Of a stretch of 64,000 nucleotides of DNA, positions 55,822 through 64,000 are shown one piece after another. Both the position numbers and the translations under genes were made by a program. Positions within the stretch are counted from its first letter, which is position 1. The number at the start of each line of letters is the position of its first letter. Location of the stretch: sequence record PP496441.1; one strand, written 5' to 3'. Under the pieces are notes generated by a model. That model was not told the DNA's origin. It searched no databases and worked only from the letters and a program-made list of their open reading frames with translations.

Positions 55822-55904
55822 ATCTGCAGTACGGCTTCGCAGGCTAGCGCGGGGGCGCGTTGGCTATCCCAGCCCGGTCGATATGGCCCCAAGCCGGGGT
55901 AAAC

Positions 55905-55926
55905 CCGCCTGCGTGATCCTACGCGG
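55905..55926. repeat. 22-nt exact repeat, copy 2, spanning the GH19 stop codon
   Basis: Identical to 15451..15472. Confidence 0.9.
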
Positions 55927-56593
55927 CCAGTGCGGCAGCGGCGATATCCCACAAACGCTTCCGGTCGTCCGCGCCGATCTGACCGCCGTTGATGGCCTGG
56001 GTCACATCGAAGAAGCGCCCGGCATCAGCCAGCTTGTTGCAGTTGTTCTCATCCCAGTAGTCGGCAGCTGCCATGAAGCCTGCTTCGGGCAACGCCAGCA
56101 GATCAGGGTTGTTGATGAGTGGGATACCCAGCTTGTTCTGCAACTTGAGGTACTCCGCTTTGCCGGTACGCATGATCGGGCAACGACCTCGGTACTTCCA
56201 CCCGTCACCACTCGCCTCGTCGCCGTTACCCATGCGGTTCGCATAACAGTTGTTGGCGATGGCCTGGGGTTTGCGCGCCAGCTTGATCGCCAGTGCGTTA
56301 GGTGCAACGCGTACTTGCCCTTTGTCGTTGGTGATCTTGACGCGCTTGCCATTATCGTCTACCAACCCGTAGCGAGTCGGCCAGGTGTTTGCCAATCCGT
56401 CGGCACTGTAGTTCAAGCCTTCCTCGAACTTGGCAAGGTCACCCGACTCATGGTCGATCTGGCCGAGGAACATCGCCATGCGTTGCTTGTTAAGGCTGAT
56501 CAGGTACTTGTCCATGGCAGCTTGCAGTGGCTTAAGATAAGCCATGGGCGCCGAGGGAAAGATTTTCTTGAATTGCAATTCAGTGAGTAGCAT
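55919..56593 (-). CDS. GH19-family endolysin/chitinase-like muramidase
   Basis: FLGQIDHESG, EEGLNYS, GDGWKYRGR, INGGQIG..DR; GGAGGAG RBS supports ATG 56593. Confidence 0.9.
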   Translation of the reverse strand: MLLTELQFKKIFPSAPMAYLKPLQAAMDKYLISLNKQRMAMFLGQIDHESGDLAKFEEGLNYSADGLANTWPTRYGLVDDNGKRVKITNDKGQVRVAPNALAIKLARKPQAIANNCYANRMGNGDEASGDGWKYRGRCPIMRTGKAEYLKLQNKLGIPLINNPDLLALPEAGFMAAADYWDENNCNKLADAGRFFDVTQAINGGQIGADDRKRLWDIAAAALAA

Positions 56594-56924
56594 GGGAGAT
56601 ATCTCCTCCATTGTTCAGGGTAGACAACATTGCCTGCCAGTCTCCGGTGTTGGGCATTCCATCTTCATGGAACCGGAGGGGCACGACGGGGTGAATGGAT
56701 AAGGCGTGGTCACGCATTCGCAGCAGAATGGTATCGATGGCCGTGTCAACGGACTCACCTCGGTATTCCATTCGTTGCAGTATCTCTTCCCGGAACATAC
56801 GGAACTGCTCCGGTGGGAAGTTGTACTCAAGACATCGGGCGTGGATGTCAGCCTTATTCCTCTGGTAGTACGTGACCATTGCGGTAACCCTCGGACATCT
56901 GGGGGTGTTGCGTGTTTTGCTCAT
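56580..56924 (-). CDS. hypothetical protein upstream of GH19
   Basis: GGAGAGGGAG RBS; overlaps the GH19 start. Confidence 0.6.
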   Translation of the reverse strand: MSKTRNTPRCPRVTAMVTYYQRNKADIHARCLEYNFPPEQFRMFREEILQRMEYRGESVDTAIDTILLRMRDHALSIHPVVPLRFHEDGMPNTGDWQAMLSTLNNGGDISHATH

Positions 56925-57056
56925 TGCTCCCTCTCCATGAGGTGTGCTAAGTGGATGACGGACAGATTAATAATTATTTTGATGTCGCTCGGAATTACGC
57001 AAATGGCAGGCTGTAAATAGCTGTAAAATCCAACCACCAATAGCAAGGACCTTAGC

Positions 57057-57677
57057 ATGGGCTCTATTCTCTATACCCACCGTCAGATCGTCAATACCCC
57101 CAACCTCCGTAAGGAAGCCCGTGAAAGCAAGAGCTTCAAGGAGTACAGCAAGACCGTCGCGAAGAAAGCCAAGCGCTTGCCGATTCCGGTTCTGTATGTA
57201 GACGGCACCCCGACCACCGAACAATTCAGCCGCCTGCTGAATGACCGCTTGATCTTTCTGGTGTGCTTGTTCCCCCCGACCGCCAGCATCGAGAAGCTTA
57301 CCGAGCTGTCCAAGGTGTTCAGCAGCCAGCCGTGGTATCTGAACATCAACAAGATCAAGGTGTACCAGCTGGACGGCTGCATGGTGACGCGCACCAACCA
57401 GACCACCAAAGAAACCACCGAAGAGTTCGACTTCCGTACTGCGCAGATGTACGCCGTGCAAGAGATCGACAAACTGCTCAACACGCAGGAAGGCCAGATT
57501 CTGGCGGCAGCGCAATGCCGTATCGTACCGGAAGGTCAGCCAGACACGTGGAAGATCGGGGCTAAGGGTTTTACTACTAGCCTTCAAGGTGTGCCCGCTG
57601 ATCAGCAAACCAGCCTGGGCATCGGTGGGAAGTCGGCGGCTGAGATCATGGCCGGGCAGAAGGAGGACGGGGAATGA
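57057..57677 (+). CDS. hypothetical protein
   Basis: AAGGA RBS. Confidence 0.7.
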   Translation: MGSILYTHRQIVNTPNLRKEARESKSFKEYSKTVAKKAKRLPIPVLYVDGTPTTEQFSRLLNDRLIFLVCLFPPTASIEKLTELSKVFSSQPWYLNINKIKVYQLDGCMVTRTNQTTKETTEEFDFRTAQMYAVQEIDKLLNTQEGQILAAAQCRIVPEGQPDTWKIGAKGFTTSLQGVPADQQTSLGIGGKSAAEIMAGQKEDGE

Positions 57678-58087
57678 GCCTGAGTTACCGTCCCGGCATT
57701 ACCCAAGCGCTCAACCTGCTGGATACGTACCCGGCGGACCGTGACCCACTGGAGGTACTGACCGAATACCGCGAGATGTTGGTAAAGGAATTGGACGATA
57801 ACCTGCCGACCCTGAAAGAGGTACAGGATTGGATGACTCGGGTGTTGTATCAGAACCATGGCAATCCGTCGCGCTCAGAATTGGAGCGCCGGGCTAAAGA
57901 AGAACTGGGTATGGACTTCAGGTTCACTCATGCAGATCGTACGGGCGCGGGTAAGCTCATCGCCGCCCTCACCTGCAAACGCCGCACGGTAAATATCACA
58001 CTGGAACCTACCAAGGTACTTCCACGCGGTCAGATGTCCGAGGGCCGGGAACGGCTCCAGATTACCGCAATCAATGTAGAGGAATGA
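57674..58087 (+). CDS. hypothetical protein
   Basis: ATGA coupling. Confidence 0.7.
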   Translation: MSLSYRPGITQALNLLDTYPADRDPLEVLTEYREMLVKELDDNLPTLKEVQDWMTRVLYQNHGNPSRSELERRAKEELGMDFRFTHADRTGAGKLIAALTCKRRTVNITLEPTKVLPRGQMSEGRERLQITAINVEE

Positions 58088-59031
58088 CCATGGCCTTAGC
58101 AGCCAAGAAAAAGATCCGTCTGAAACGGCGGGATCGGGACAAGGCGGAGCAGCCACCGGTCGAGTCCACCAAGGCCTCGGTGCGCAACATCGTTGGCATC
58201 TGCAACCACAACCCGTATCAGGTAGGCCAGCTGTTGCCTAGCGAGCCTGCGGTTATGGGAATGGACGGGAAGATCACGGGTGCACGTCGCGCCCAATACC
58301 TGTTTGTGCCCTATGTCGCCACTCTGCTCCAGTTCCGGGATACCGTGCTGGCGTTCAAAGGGACCGTGATCGTCTTCGATGATCCGGTCAAGCTGGACCA
58401 CGTGCTTCAGATTGGTAACGTGCTGGACATCGTGACCAAGAACCATAGCTACCAGTACACTTTCGGCCCGCTTACTTCGGCCAAGCTGGTAGCCGCAGAT
58501 GAGCCCCGGCGCCCAATTATGATCGATCAGGAACGGGTCAACGTTCTGCCGAACATGATCAATGCGGTGCAGGGCAGTATCGCTCAAGTTATCATGGAAG
58601 CCACTCAGAGCTTGATCCCGACCGTCAAGTCGGATGTGCTCAAGACCATCTTCTCGTGGATCAGCGAGTCCGACTTGTCCCCCGATCTGTTGTTGCAGGA
58701 ACTGGAAAGGCTCAACGTCGAGGATCCTGAGGTAATGATGGCGCCGCTGCTGGCGTTCCTCGGAACCGAGCAGGGTCAGAAGACATGCAAAGCTTTCGCA
58801 ATGGTGGCAGATTACAAGGCCAAAGGGAAAAGCGTTCCGTATCCGAAGATTGAAAAGGCGACCGGTGTTCCGTCATTCGATCTGCAGTTTGCCATTCGCT
58901 ACATTCGCCGGACAACCTCTGTGCGTCGGCCAGGTATGACGTTGAGTCAGATCCATGCGGCGCGTAAACTCAAATCCAACAATGATGTTCTGGGCGGGAT
59001 CGATGATCCCGAGGACGAAGAAGATGTTTGA
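58084..59031 (+). CDS. hypothetical protein with possible C-terminal HTH
   Basis: ATGA coupling; PYPKIEKATGVPSFDLQFAI. Confidence 0.65.
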   Translation: MTMALAAKKKIRLKRRDRDKAEQPPVESTKASVRNIVGICNHNPYQVGQLLPSEPAVMGMDGKITGARRAQYLFVPYVATLLQFRDTVLAFKGTVIVFDDPVKLDHVLQIGNVLDIVTKNHSYQYTFGPLTSAKLVAADEPRRPIMIDQERVNVLPNMINAVQGSIAQVIMEATQSLIPTVKSDVLKTIFSWISESDLSPDLLLQELERLNVEDPEVMMAPLLAFLGTEQGQKTCKAFAMVADYKAKGKSVPYPKIEKATGVPSFDLQFAIRYIRRTTSVRRPGMTLSQIHAARKLKSNNDVLGGIDDPEDEEDV

Positions 59032-59938
59032 GACAATTATGCGAGGGGGCTTAGCATCCTTCATCTACATCGCGATTATCATCGTGGTTATCGTCTGGGT
59101 GGTCAACTCGATATACCGACAGAAAAAGATTGCCCAGATCCGGCAGCACGAACGGCAAGTCAAGCAGACGGAGCAGGACCGCAAGGACGTAATCTCCGAC
59201 GCCGAAGACGCCCGTCCCATCGAATACGTGACGGAAGACACGGGCATGTCGGTGCCCAACTTCTTCCTGTCCAAGTTCATCGAAGAGCTGGCGCTGGTCA
59301 CCAGTGCGTCGGTGCGCAGGCTCAGCCCGGTGGCCGGTGCAGAAAGTCTGGAGGACTTGCGAGTTGAGTTCTCCCGGCTGCAAGCGTTGCTCCACCTTCA
59401 GTTCGAGCAAGTCGTTGGTCCCGTTCTTGAAGAAGAGATGCGGTCCACGTACGAACGGGTTGAAGCAGCGTTGGCCGACGCCAAGGCGAAAGGCATGGTG
59501 CGAGGCGAACGTGAATTCGGTAGCCTACCGCATACGCAACCGCCGCGTGAGTATCGCACCTACACCAATGAACGCCTGGGTATTCGTGTGCACAGCACCA
59601 TGTCGGACATCGAGGTTGCGGAAGCAGTAAAGTGGGCGGAAGGATTGGTCATCTCGCCTGCTTCGGAAGCTGACAGGGTGGATAAGTTCCGTGAACTCTT
59701 GCAGCAGGGTCAGGTCAACGAAGTAAAGGTTGAACTGATCAATTCCCCGGAACCGCAGATCTATCGTCATCGGTTCGAAGGCTTGAACGTAACCACTACG
59801 CTGCCCCGTGAAGAGGTGGCCGCTGTGGTAAAACCCTATCTGGGGATGGCGGTCACCGAGTCGGTACTGGAAGAGATTAAGTTCATCCTCCAGCAGAAGA
59901 CCAGTGACGCAGTAATCGTCGATACAGACGCTACGTAA
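59024..59938 (+). CDS. membrane-anchored multidomain protein
   Basis: N-terminal TM; start at ATG 59024. Confidence 0.65.
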   Translation: MFETIMRGGLASFIYIAIIIVVIVWVVNSIYRQKKIAQIRQHERQVKQTEQDRKDVISDAEDARPIEYVTEDTGMSVPNFFLSKFIEELALVTSASVRRLSPVAGAESLEDLRVEFSRLQALLHLQFEQVVGPVLEEEMRSTYERVEAALADAKAKGMVRGEREFGSLPHTQPPREYRTYTNERLGIRVHSTMSDIEVAEAVKWAEGLVISPASEADRVDKFRELLQQGQVNEVKVELINSPEPQIYRHRFEGLNVTTTLPREEVAAVVKPYLGMAVTESVLEEIKFILQQKTSDAVIVDTDAT

Positions 59939-59943
59939 TACTC

Positions 59944-59972
59944 AGGGTGTTCCTTTCTGGAACACCCTTTTT
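59944..59972 (+). terminator. rho-independent terminator
   Basis: AGGGTGTTCC-TTTCT-GGAACACCCT-TTTT. Confidence 0.85.
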
Positions 59973-59987
59973 CATTTGGAGATCGTA

Positions 59988-60224
59988 ATGGCTAAAGCAA
60001 CCTGCTACGGAATCTGCCCACAATGCGGCAGCGATGTCACCAAGGTGAACTTCCGCGATGACACCATGACCTGTTTAGGTGGGCACCAGTGCACCTTCGA
60101 GCGTATGATCAGTCTGGTGGGTGTAGTGGACGAACCACCTACGGCGGAACTGATTGACATGGCACAGAACGCCCACGTGTTGCGACCACCCTCTTGCTAC
60201 GCACGACTGCTTACTCGGGATTGA
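59988..60224 (+). CDS. zinc-ribbon protein
   Basis: CPQCG...C..GH; GGAG RBS. Confidence 0.6.
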   Translation: MAKATCYGICPQCGSDVTKVNFRDDTMTCLGGHQCTFERMISLVGVVDEPPTAELIDMAQNAHVLRPPSCYARLLTRD

Positions 60225-60249
60225 CAGCTCTGGTAAATGATGTCATACT
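60221..60249 (+). promoter_or_regulatory. sigma70 extended -10 promoter
   Basis: TTGACA-17-CATACT with TGn; spacer contains GGTAAATGA. Confidence 0.7.
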
Positions 60250-60286
60250 AGTGGCAAAGCCACGTACTGCGCGGGAGCAGTGAGCC

Positions 60287-60685
60287 ATGAGTAAGCAACG
60301 CACCACCAAGAAGCAACGCGAAGAACAGCAGGCACGACAGCGGGAGGAAGCCCGCCTGAAGAAGGAACGGGATCACGCATTCCGTCCACTCTTTGGGACT
60401 GGCGGTTCCGGGCGTAAGACACCTAACCGGGTGCCTACGCTGGAGACTCCGGTGTACGCCAAAGACAGCAAGCATGTACCTTCGCTTATTACGGCCAAGC
60501 CGTTCAACAAGCAGGTGCCGGTCCAGTACGATGAAGAGATGTCGGTACGGGAAGCTGCGGCGCAAGTCGAGATCGCACACAAGCGTAAGCGGGTCGCGGT
60601 CGTCTGCCACAAGTCCGGCTATCAGTACGTCGGTGAAGTGGAAGATCCGAAAACTTTCGGTAAGAAATCTCAAGCACTGGAGTAA
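60287..60685 (+). CDS. basic hypothetical protein
   Basis: C-terminal KRVA..HKSGYQYV motif. Confidence 0.7.
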   Translation: MSKQRTTKKQREEQQARQREEARLKKERDHAFRPLFGTGGSGRKTPNRVPTLETPVYAKDSKHVPSLITAKPFNKQVPVQYDEEMSVREAAAQVEIAHKRKRVAVVCHKSGYQYVGEVEDPKTFGKKSQALE

Positions 60686-60686
60686 G

Positions 60687-60848
60687 ATGATGGACAGTGA
60701 AGACAGGCCACCGTGCCCTAACAGAGAGTGTCAGCACAAGACTTACGAGTCACACACCTGCCCGTACAAGGAAAGTGTGAATGACGATACAGAGTCCCTG
60801 TGCCATTGCTGTGAGAACTGCAAACAACAATGTGCGGAGGACATCTGA
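60687..60848 (+). CDS. 53-aa Cys-rich protein
   Basis: GGAG RBS; H.CPY......CHCC..C..C. Confidence 0.6.
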   Translation: MMDSEDRPPCPNRECQHKTYESHTCPYKESVNDDTESLCHCCENCKQQCAEDI

Positions 60849-61264
60849 TGCTAGAAGTTCTTATGTGGGTCGTGGGAATAGTCGCATCTGTATGCGCGTT
60901 CCCCTTCGTGTTCATCTGGACTCATGATCTGTTAGTCAAGCCCACGACGAACAATAGAACCATCGACGGAGGGCATAGCTGTCCGTACGCGAACATGACG
61001 GATGAAGAGTTGTACGACTTCGAAGCAGATTCCTTTCATGGTATCAAGCCAGAGAATCGTACATGGCCGACACTGGCAGCCTTCCTGATGTATCAAGACC
61101 GTAAGTCTGCATCGAAGGAGCTAGCAGTGGCGACGGAACCGCTGGAAGGTGAGTTGCTTTATCCCGAGATGGAAGTCAGGGAGAACACTGCGGTTATTGC
61201 TAATGATGCCTGGCTAGCTACCAAAGGAATATACCGGGGTCGAGATCCCAAGTGGCCCCACTAA
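60848..61264 (+). CDS. single-TM hypothetical protein
   Basis: TGATG coupling; N-terminal TM. Confidence 0.65.
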   Translation: MLEVLMWVVGIVASVCAFPFVFIWTHDLLVKPTTNNRTIDGGHSCPYANMTDEELYDFEADSFHGIKPENRTWPTLAAFLMYQDRKSASKELAVATEPLEGELLYPEMEVRENTAVIANDAWLATKGIYRGRDPKWPH

Positions 61265-61296
61265 TCCTCTACACGCTGTCCTGATAGGAGATCCAC

Positions 61297-61773
61297 GTGA
61301 ACAAGATTGATGATGACATGCGACTGGCTCACGAACTGGCCGAGGTAATAGCGTCAGTTCCTTCCAGCTGCGAAAGAGTGGTTGTCTTGGTCCCTGACCA
61401 CTATGAAGCTCTGGGTAAGTCCAGCGGGCTGCTGGACACTGTGGACCGGCTACGGAATGCAGGTATCGTGGTGGACGTTATGAGCCCCGGAGATGTCCGT
61501 AAGCTGGAGGGGGTGGAGTCCCACCCCTTGGATGGTGTTCATCTTCCAATGGATTTCTCCGCCCTAGAGGAACGGGCAGCTCGGTCTATGTTCTTCGACT
61601 CCTATCAGGATCTGTCGGGTACGGATACCGGTTCAGACAGGAATCAGTTCAGACATACGCCGACCGCCCGCATCACCTCGCATCCGTTGAGAGCTCTGGA
61701 CTACATCCAGAAGGGCAGCGGCAAACTTTCCAAGGGCATGAAACTCATGCTGAAAAAGCAAAGGGGTTGGTAA
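61297..61773 (+). CDS. hypothetical protein
   Basis: AGGAG RBS; GTG start. Confidence 0.65.
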   Translation: MNKIDDDMRLAHELAEVIASVPSSCERVVVLVPDHYEALGKSSGLLDTVDRLRNAGIVVDVMSPGDVRKLEGVESHPLDGVHLPMDFSALEERAARSMFFDSYQDLSGTDTGSDRNQFRHTPTARITSHPLRALDYIQKGSGKLSKGMKLMLKKQRGW

Positions 61774-61774
61774 C

Positions 61775-62407
61775 ATGATCATCAATACTGCGAAGAAGAT
61801 ACTGGAGCAGGAAGTGCAGCCTGCTTTGTGTAAGATCACCCTGTCAGACCGTACCGACATCGGATGCTTCCTCCTGAATGATCTGGGAAGGAACAACGCC
61901 AATCACGACATGATCATTGGTGGCCTGTTCAACCAAGAACTGTGTCTGGCTTTCTACATGTTGCTGAATTCAGATGTGGCGACTTCGCTGGAACAGGCTG
62001 TCAGTGCTGACGTGATCAAAGAAATAAATGCCATGAAGGCTTATATCTATCACCAGAAGGGTTTGATCGGCGGGCGACTTCCCGAACCAACCTTGCTGTT
62101 ACGGGCACTGACCAACACTCTGGTATCCCATGCCGTGCGTGATCCATTCTTCAGTGGGCAGCGACATGATCAGACGTGTAGTGATACCCGGTTGCGCTTC
62201 AATGCCCAACATGCCAAGGCACCGGAAGGGTCAGTAAAAGAACTGGCTGCGAAGTACGGGGTGTCGATCAGTGAGGTACGCCGTTTGAAAGCTGCGGGCC
62301 AACTGCATACCCTCGGCCAGCCCACCGAACCCCAAACAGACAACACTGCTGCCGACGAACAGAAGGTAGCCCAAACCAAAGCCTTGCTTGAGAGCTTACT
62401 GCCATGA
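61775..62407 (+). CDS. hypothetical protein with C-terminal HTH
   Basis: SVKELAAKYGVSISEVRRLK. Confidence 0.7.
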   Translation: MIINTAKKILEQEVQPALCKITLSDRTDIGCFLLNDLGRNNANHDMIIGGLFNQELCLAFYMLLNSDVATSLEQAVSADVIKEINAMKAYIYHQKGLIGGRLPEPTLLLRALTNTLVSHAVRDPFFSGQRHDQTCSDTRLRFNAQHAKAPEGSVKELAAKYGVSISEVRRLKAAGQLHTLGQPTEPQTDNTAADEQKVAQTKALLESLLP

Positions 62408-63426
62408 CAGATGCAACGTTGGACACGTACGGTGACCTGCTGGTTGAAAACGCCACCAAGATCGTTGCTGATTTCTTGGAGAACGTGATCACTCCGGTTA
62501 CACTGGCGTTGGAGAAAGACTACCCGGCCAAGTTCAAAATCCTCAAGACCCGGTTGGCTCAAATGGCGGGCAGCGCAATGAGCCTTCCCGTAGCCGTTGT
62601 GGCAATGCGTAACCTTCCGTTCTACGTGTTGCTGAGTTCACCGCGTCAGGTCAGTCACATCATCACTCTTGCCAAAGCCATGATGCCCGAAGGATTGCCG
62701 TTGAAGGCTCTCGGGGCCAAGTACCACGAAGACGTTATTACCGCTCTGACTAGGGTACTGGTTGAACGTGGTGTAGGTGATATGTTTCTCGGCAATCGAA
62801 TAGCTGATCTGCCCAAGTCGCCGGTAACGGAAGCCGAACGGAAGGAAGATCCATTCGCCAACGTAGATCACGACTCCGATCACGTGCATGAATTGAGCGA
62901 GATGCTGTCTCCGGCTGGCGTCCCATGGTACATCTCCAACGACCGGATCAAAGCCGACCGCAAGGACGCAGGCGGTGCGATGGACGCTGCCATGGTGATG
63001 GTTAGCGAGCGCCACGCCAAACGACACCTGGTCGAGCTGGTGAACGCTGCGCTGCTATTCAAGCCGCCGGTCAAGCACCCGTACCCTATCTCGGAGTATT
63101 CCGCCGAAGATTGGTGGGTGAAAGAGATTGAGGGCATTGCGTCGTCTCTGGTGCCGTTGACTGCAGATCAGTACCGCGCTATCCACATCGCCCGGAACTT
63201 CGCCCGTCTGGTGTTCGACACCGTAGCGGCACCTAGCGATGACCAGATCGTTTATCAGTTCCGCTCGCGCTGGGAAAAGGAAGGAGAGTGGACTGACTGG
63301 ATGACCGCCCGGAAGGAAGATTTCGATACGCTAAAGAAGAAGTTCGCCGAAGACCTAGCCCTAAAGCTGTACGAGTTCCGTCTCCTGCGCGTTATTCCTG
63401 AGGTGATCAATGCCGACTCCAACTGA
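62404..63426 (+). CDS. mosaic hypothetical protein
   Basis: ATGA coupling. Confidence 0.7.
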   Translation: MTDATLDTYGDLLVENATKIVADFLENVITPVTLALEKDYPAKFKILKTRLAQMAGSAMSLPVAVVAMRNLPFYVLLSSPRQVSHIITLAKAMMPEGLPLKALGAKYHEDVITALTRVLVERGVGDMFLGNRIADLPKSPVTEAERKEDPFANVDHDSDHVHELSEMLSPAGVPWYISNDRIKADRKDAGGAMDAAMVMVSERHAKRHLVELVNAALLFKPPVKHPYPISEYSAEDWWVKEIEGIASSLVPLTADQYRAIHIARNFARLVFDTVAAPSDDQIVYQFRSRWEKEGEWTDWMTARKEDFDTLKKKFAEDLALKLYEFRLLRVIPEVINADSN

Positions 63427-63694
63427 ACAGACACTACCCACGGTCGCATCACTGGACGATATATCATCTAGTGGCACCTACCGGGTGGACTACACCATCG
63501 TTATGCAGATGAATTTCACCCCTGATTTCATGTCCCGCGTCAAGTTCATACGGGACATCATGGACTCGGAAACCAAGAAGCTGGTCTCTCAGCAGGTGGG
63601 ATTCGAAGACGGTAGCATCTTCACTCGTACCCACGGGGAAGATGGGGACTGGACGTATGGGCCGTGGGTGAAGGAGGTGTCAGATGTATCGTAG
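63410..63694 (+). CDS. hypothetical protein
   Basis: GAGGTG RBS. Confidence 0.65.
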   Translation: MPTPTEQTLPTVASLDDISSSGTYRVDYTIVMQMNFTPDFMSRVKFIRDIMDSETKKLVSQQVGFEDGSIFTRTHGEDGDWTYGPWVKEVSDVS

Positions 63695-63854
63695 CGCAGT
63701 GAAGTATAAAGACCACGGCTATCTTGCTCCGGGTAGCCGTGCGTTCGAACTCTACCACGACAAGTCTGACAAAGGCCACAAGTTGCTGGATCAGCACATG
63801 GCCGAGGTGGACGCCGCGTGGCGCAAACTGGAGGGACGCAAGAATGGAAAGTAA
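63684..63854 (+). CDS. 56-aa hypothetical protein (not in track)
   Basis: AAGGAGGT RBS; Y....LAPGS.AFEL motif. Confidence 0.6.
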   Translation: MYRSAVKYKDHGYLAPGSRAFELYHDKSDKGHKLLDQHMAEVDAAWRKLEGRKNGK

Positions 63855-64000
63855 CAAGTTAAAGTCCCTCCTTCTTACGCAGCTGGTTGTCGTGTTGCTC
63901 ATCTCAGGCTACTATATGTTCACGGTCGGCCAGCACCGAAGTGAAGAGGTGATGCGATATGCCTCTATGGTGGATACCAGTGCCGACTCTGCTCGCCATA
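63844..64000 (+). CDS. membrane protein, truncated by window end
   Basis: GGAGG RBS; open to 64000; one TM. Confidence 0.55.
   Translation, partial: MESNKLKSLLLTQLVVVLLISGYYMFTVGQHRSEEVMRYASMVDTSADSARH

Noticed and set aside
1-64000. tRNA genes, CRISPR array, IS or transposase, integrase
   Set aside because: No cloverleaf with T-loop consensus, no regularly spaced repeats and no recombinase motifs found by eye; short degenerate elements could have been missed

Overview
This window looks like a 64 kb slice of a jumbo tailed-phage genome (about 57-60% GC, likely proteobacterial host, RSL1/PaBG/Lu11-like by inference). Almost every gene is on the + strand. All family calls are motif recognition by eye; no database searches were run. 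1-13.3 kb is the head module: large terminase, portal, prohead protease and several mosaic head-associated proteins. The rest is early/middle genes. Nucleotide metabolism: NrdA, two NrdB-like genes, ThyA, DHFR, QueD-like, dimeric dUTPase, HD nucleotidase, NDT-like, MazG-like. Replication/repair: DnaX-like clamp loader, SbcC, SbcD. Two peptidoglycan hydrolases (SLT, and GH19 in the only inverted cassette) and many hypotheticals are also present. Host-type sigma70 extended -10 promoters and several repeated intergenic elements are visible. No tRNA, CRISPR array or transposon was recognised. Best candidates for novelty: (1) a putative protease-processed, domain-shuffled capsid cargo system. Modules are separated by xETA/xATA linkers, a Tudor/SH3-like module occurs four times, and one gene carries a low-GC R-S-E ADP-ribosyltransferase. 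(2) A catalytically dead NrdB paralogue beside an N-terminally clipped intact NrdB, suggesting a yeast Rnr2/Rnr4-like heterodimeric RNR. (3) An unannotated 57-aa ORF resembling only the toxin-neutralising half of a TacA/DUF1778 antitoxin.
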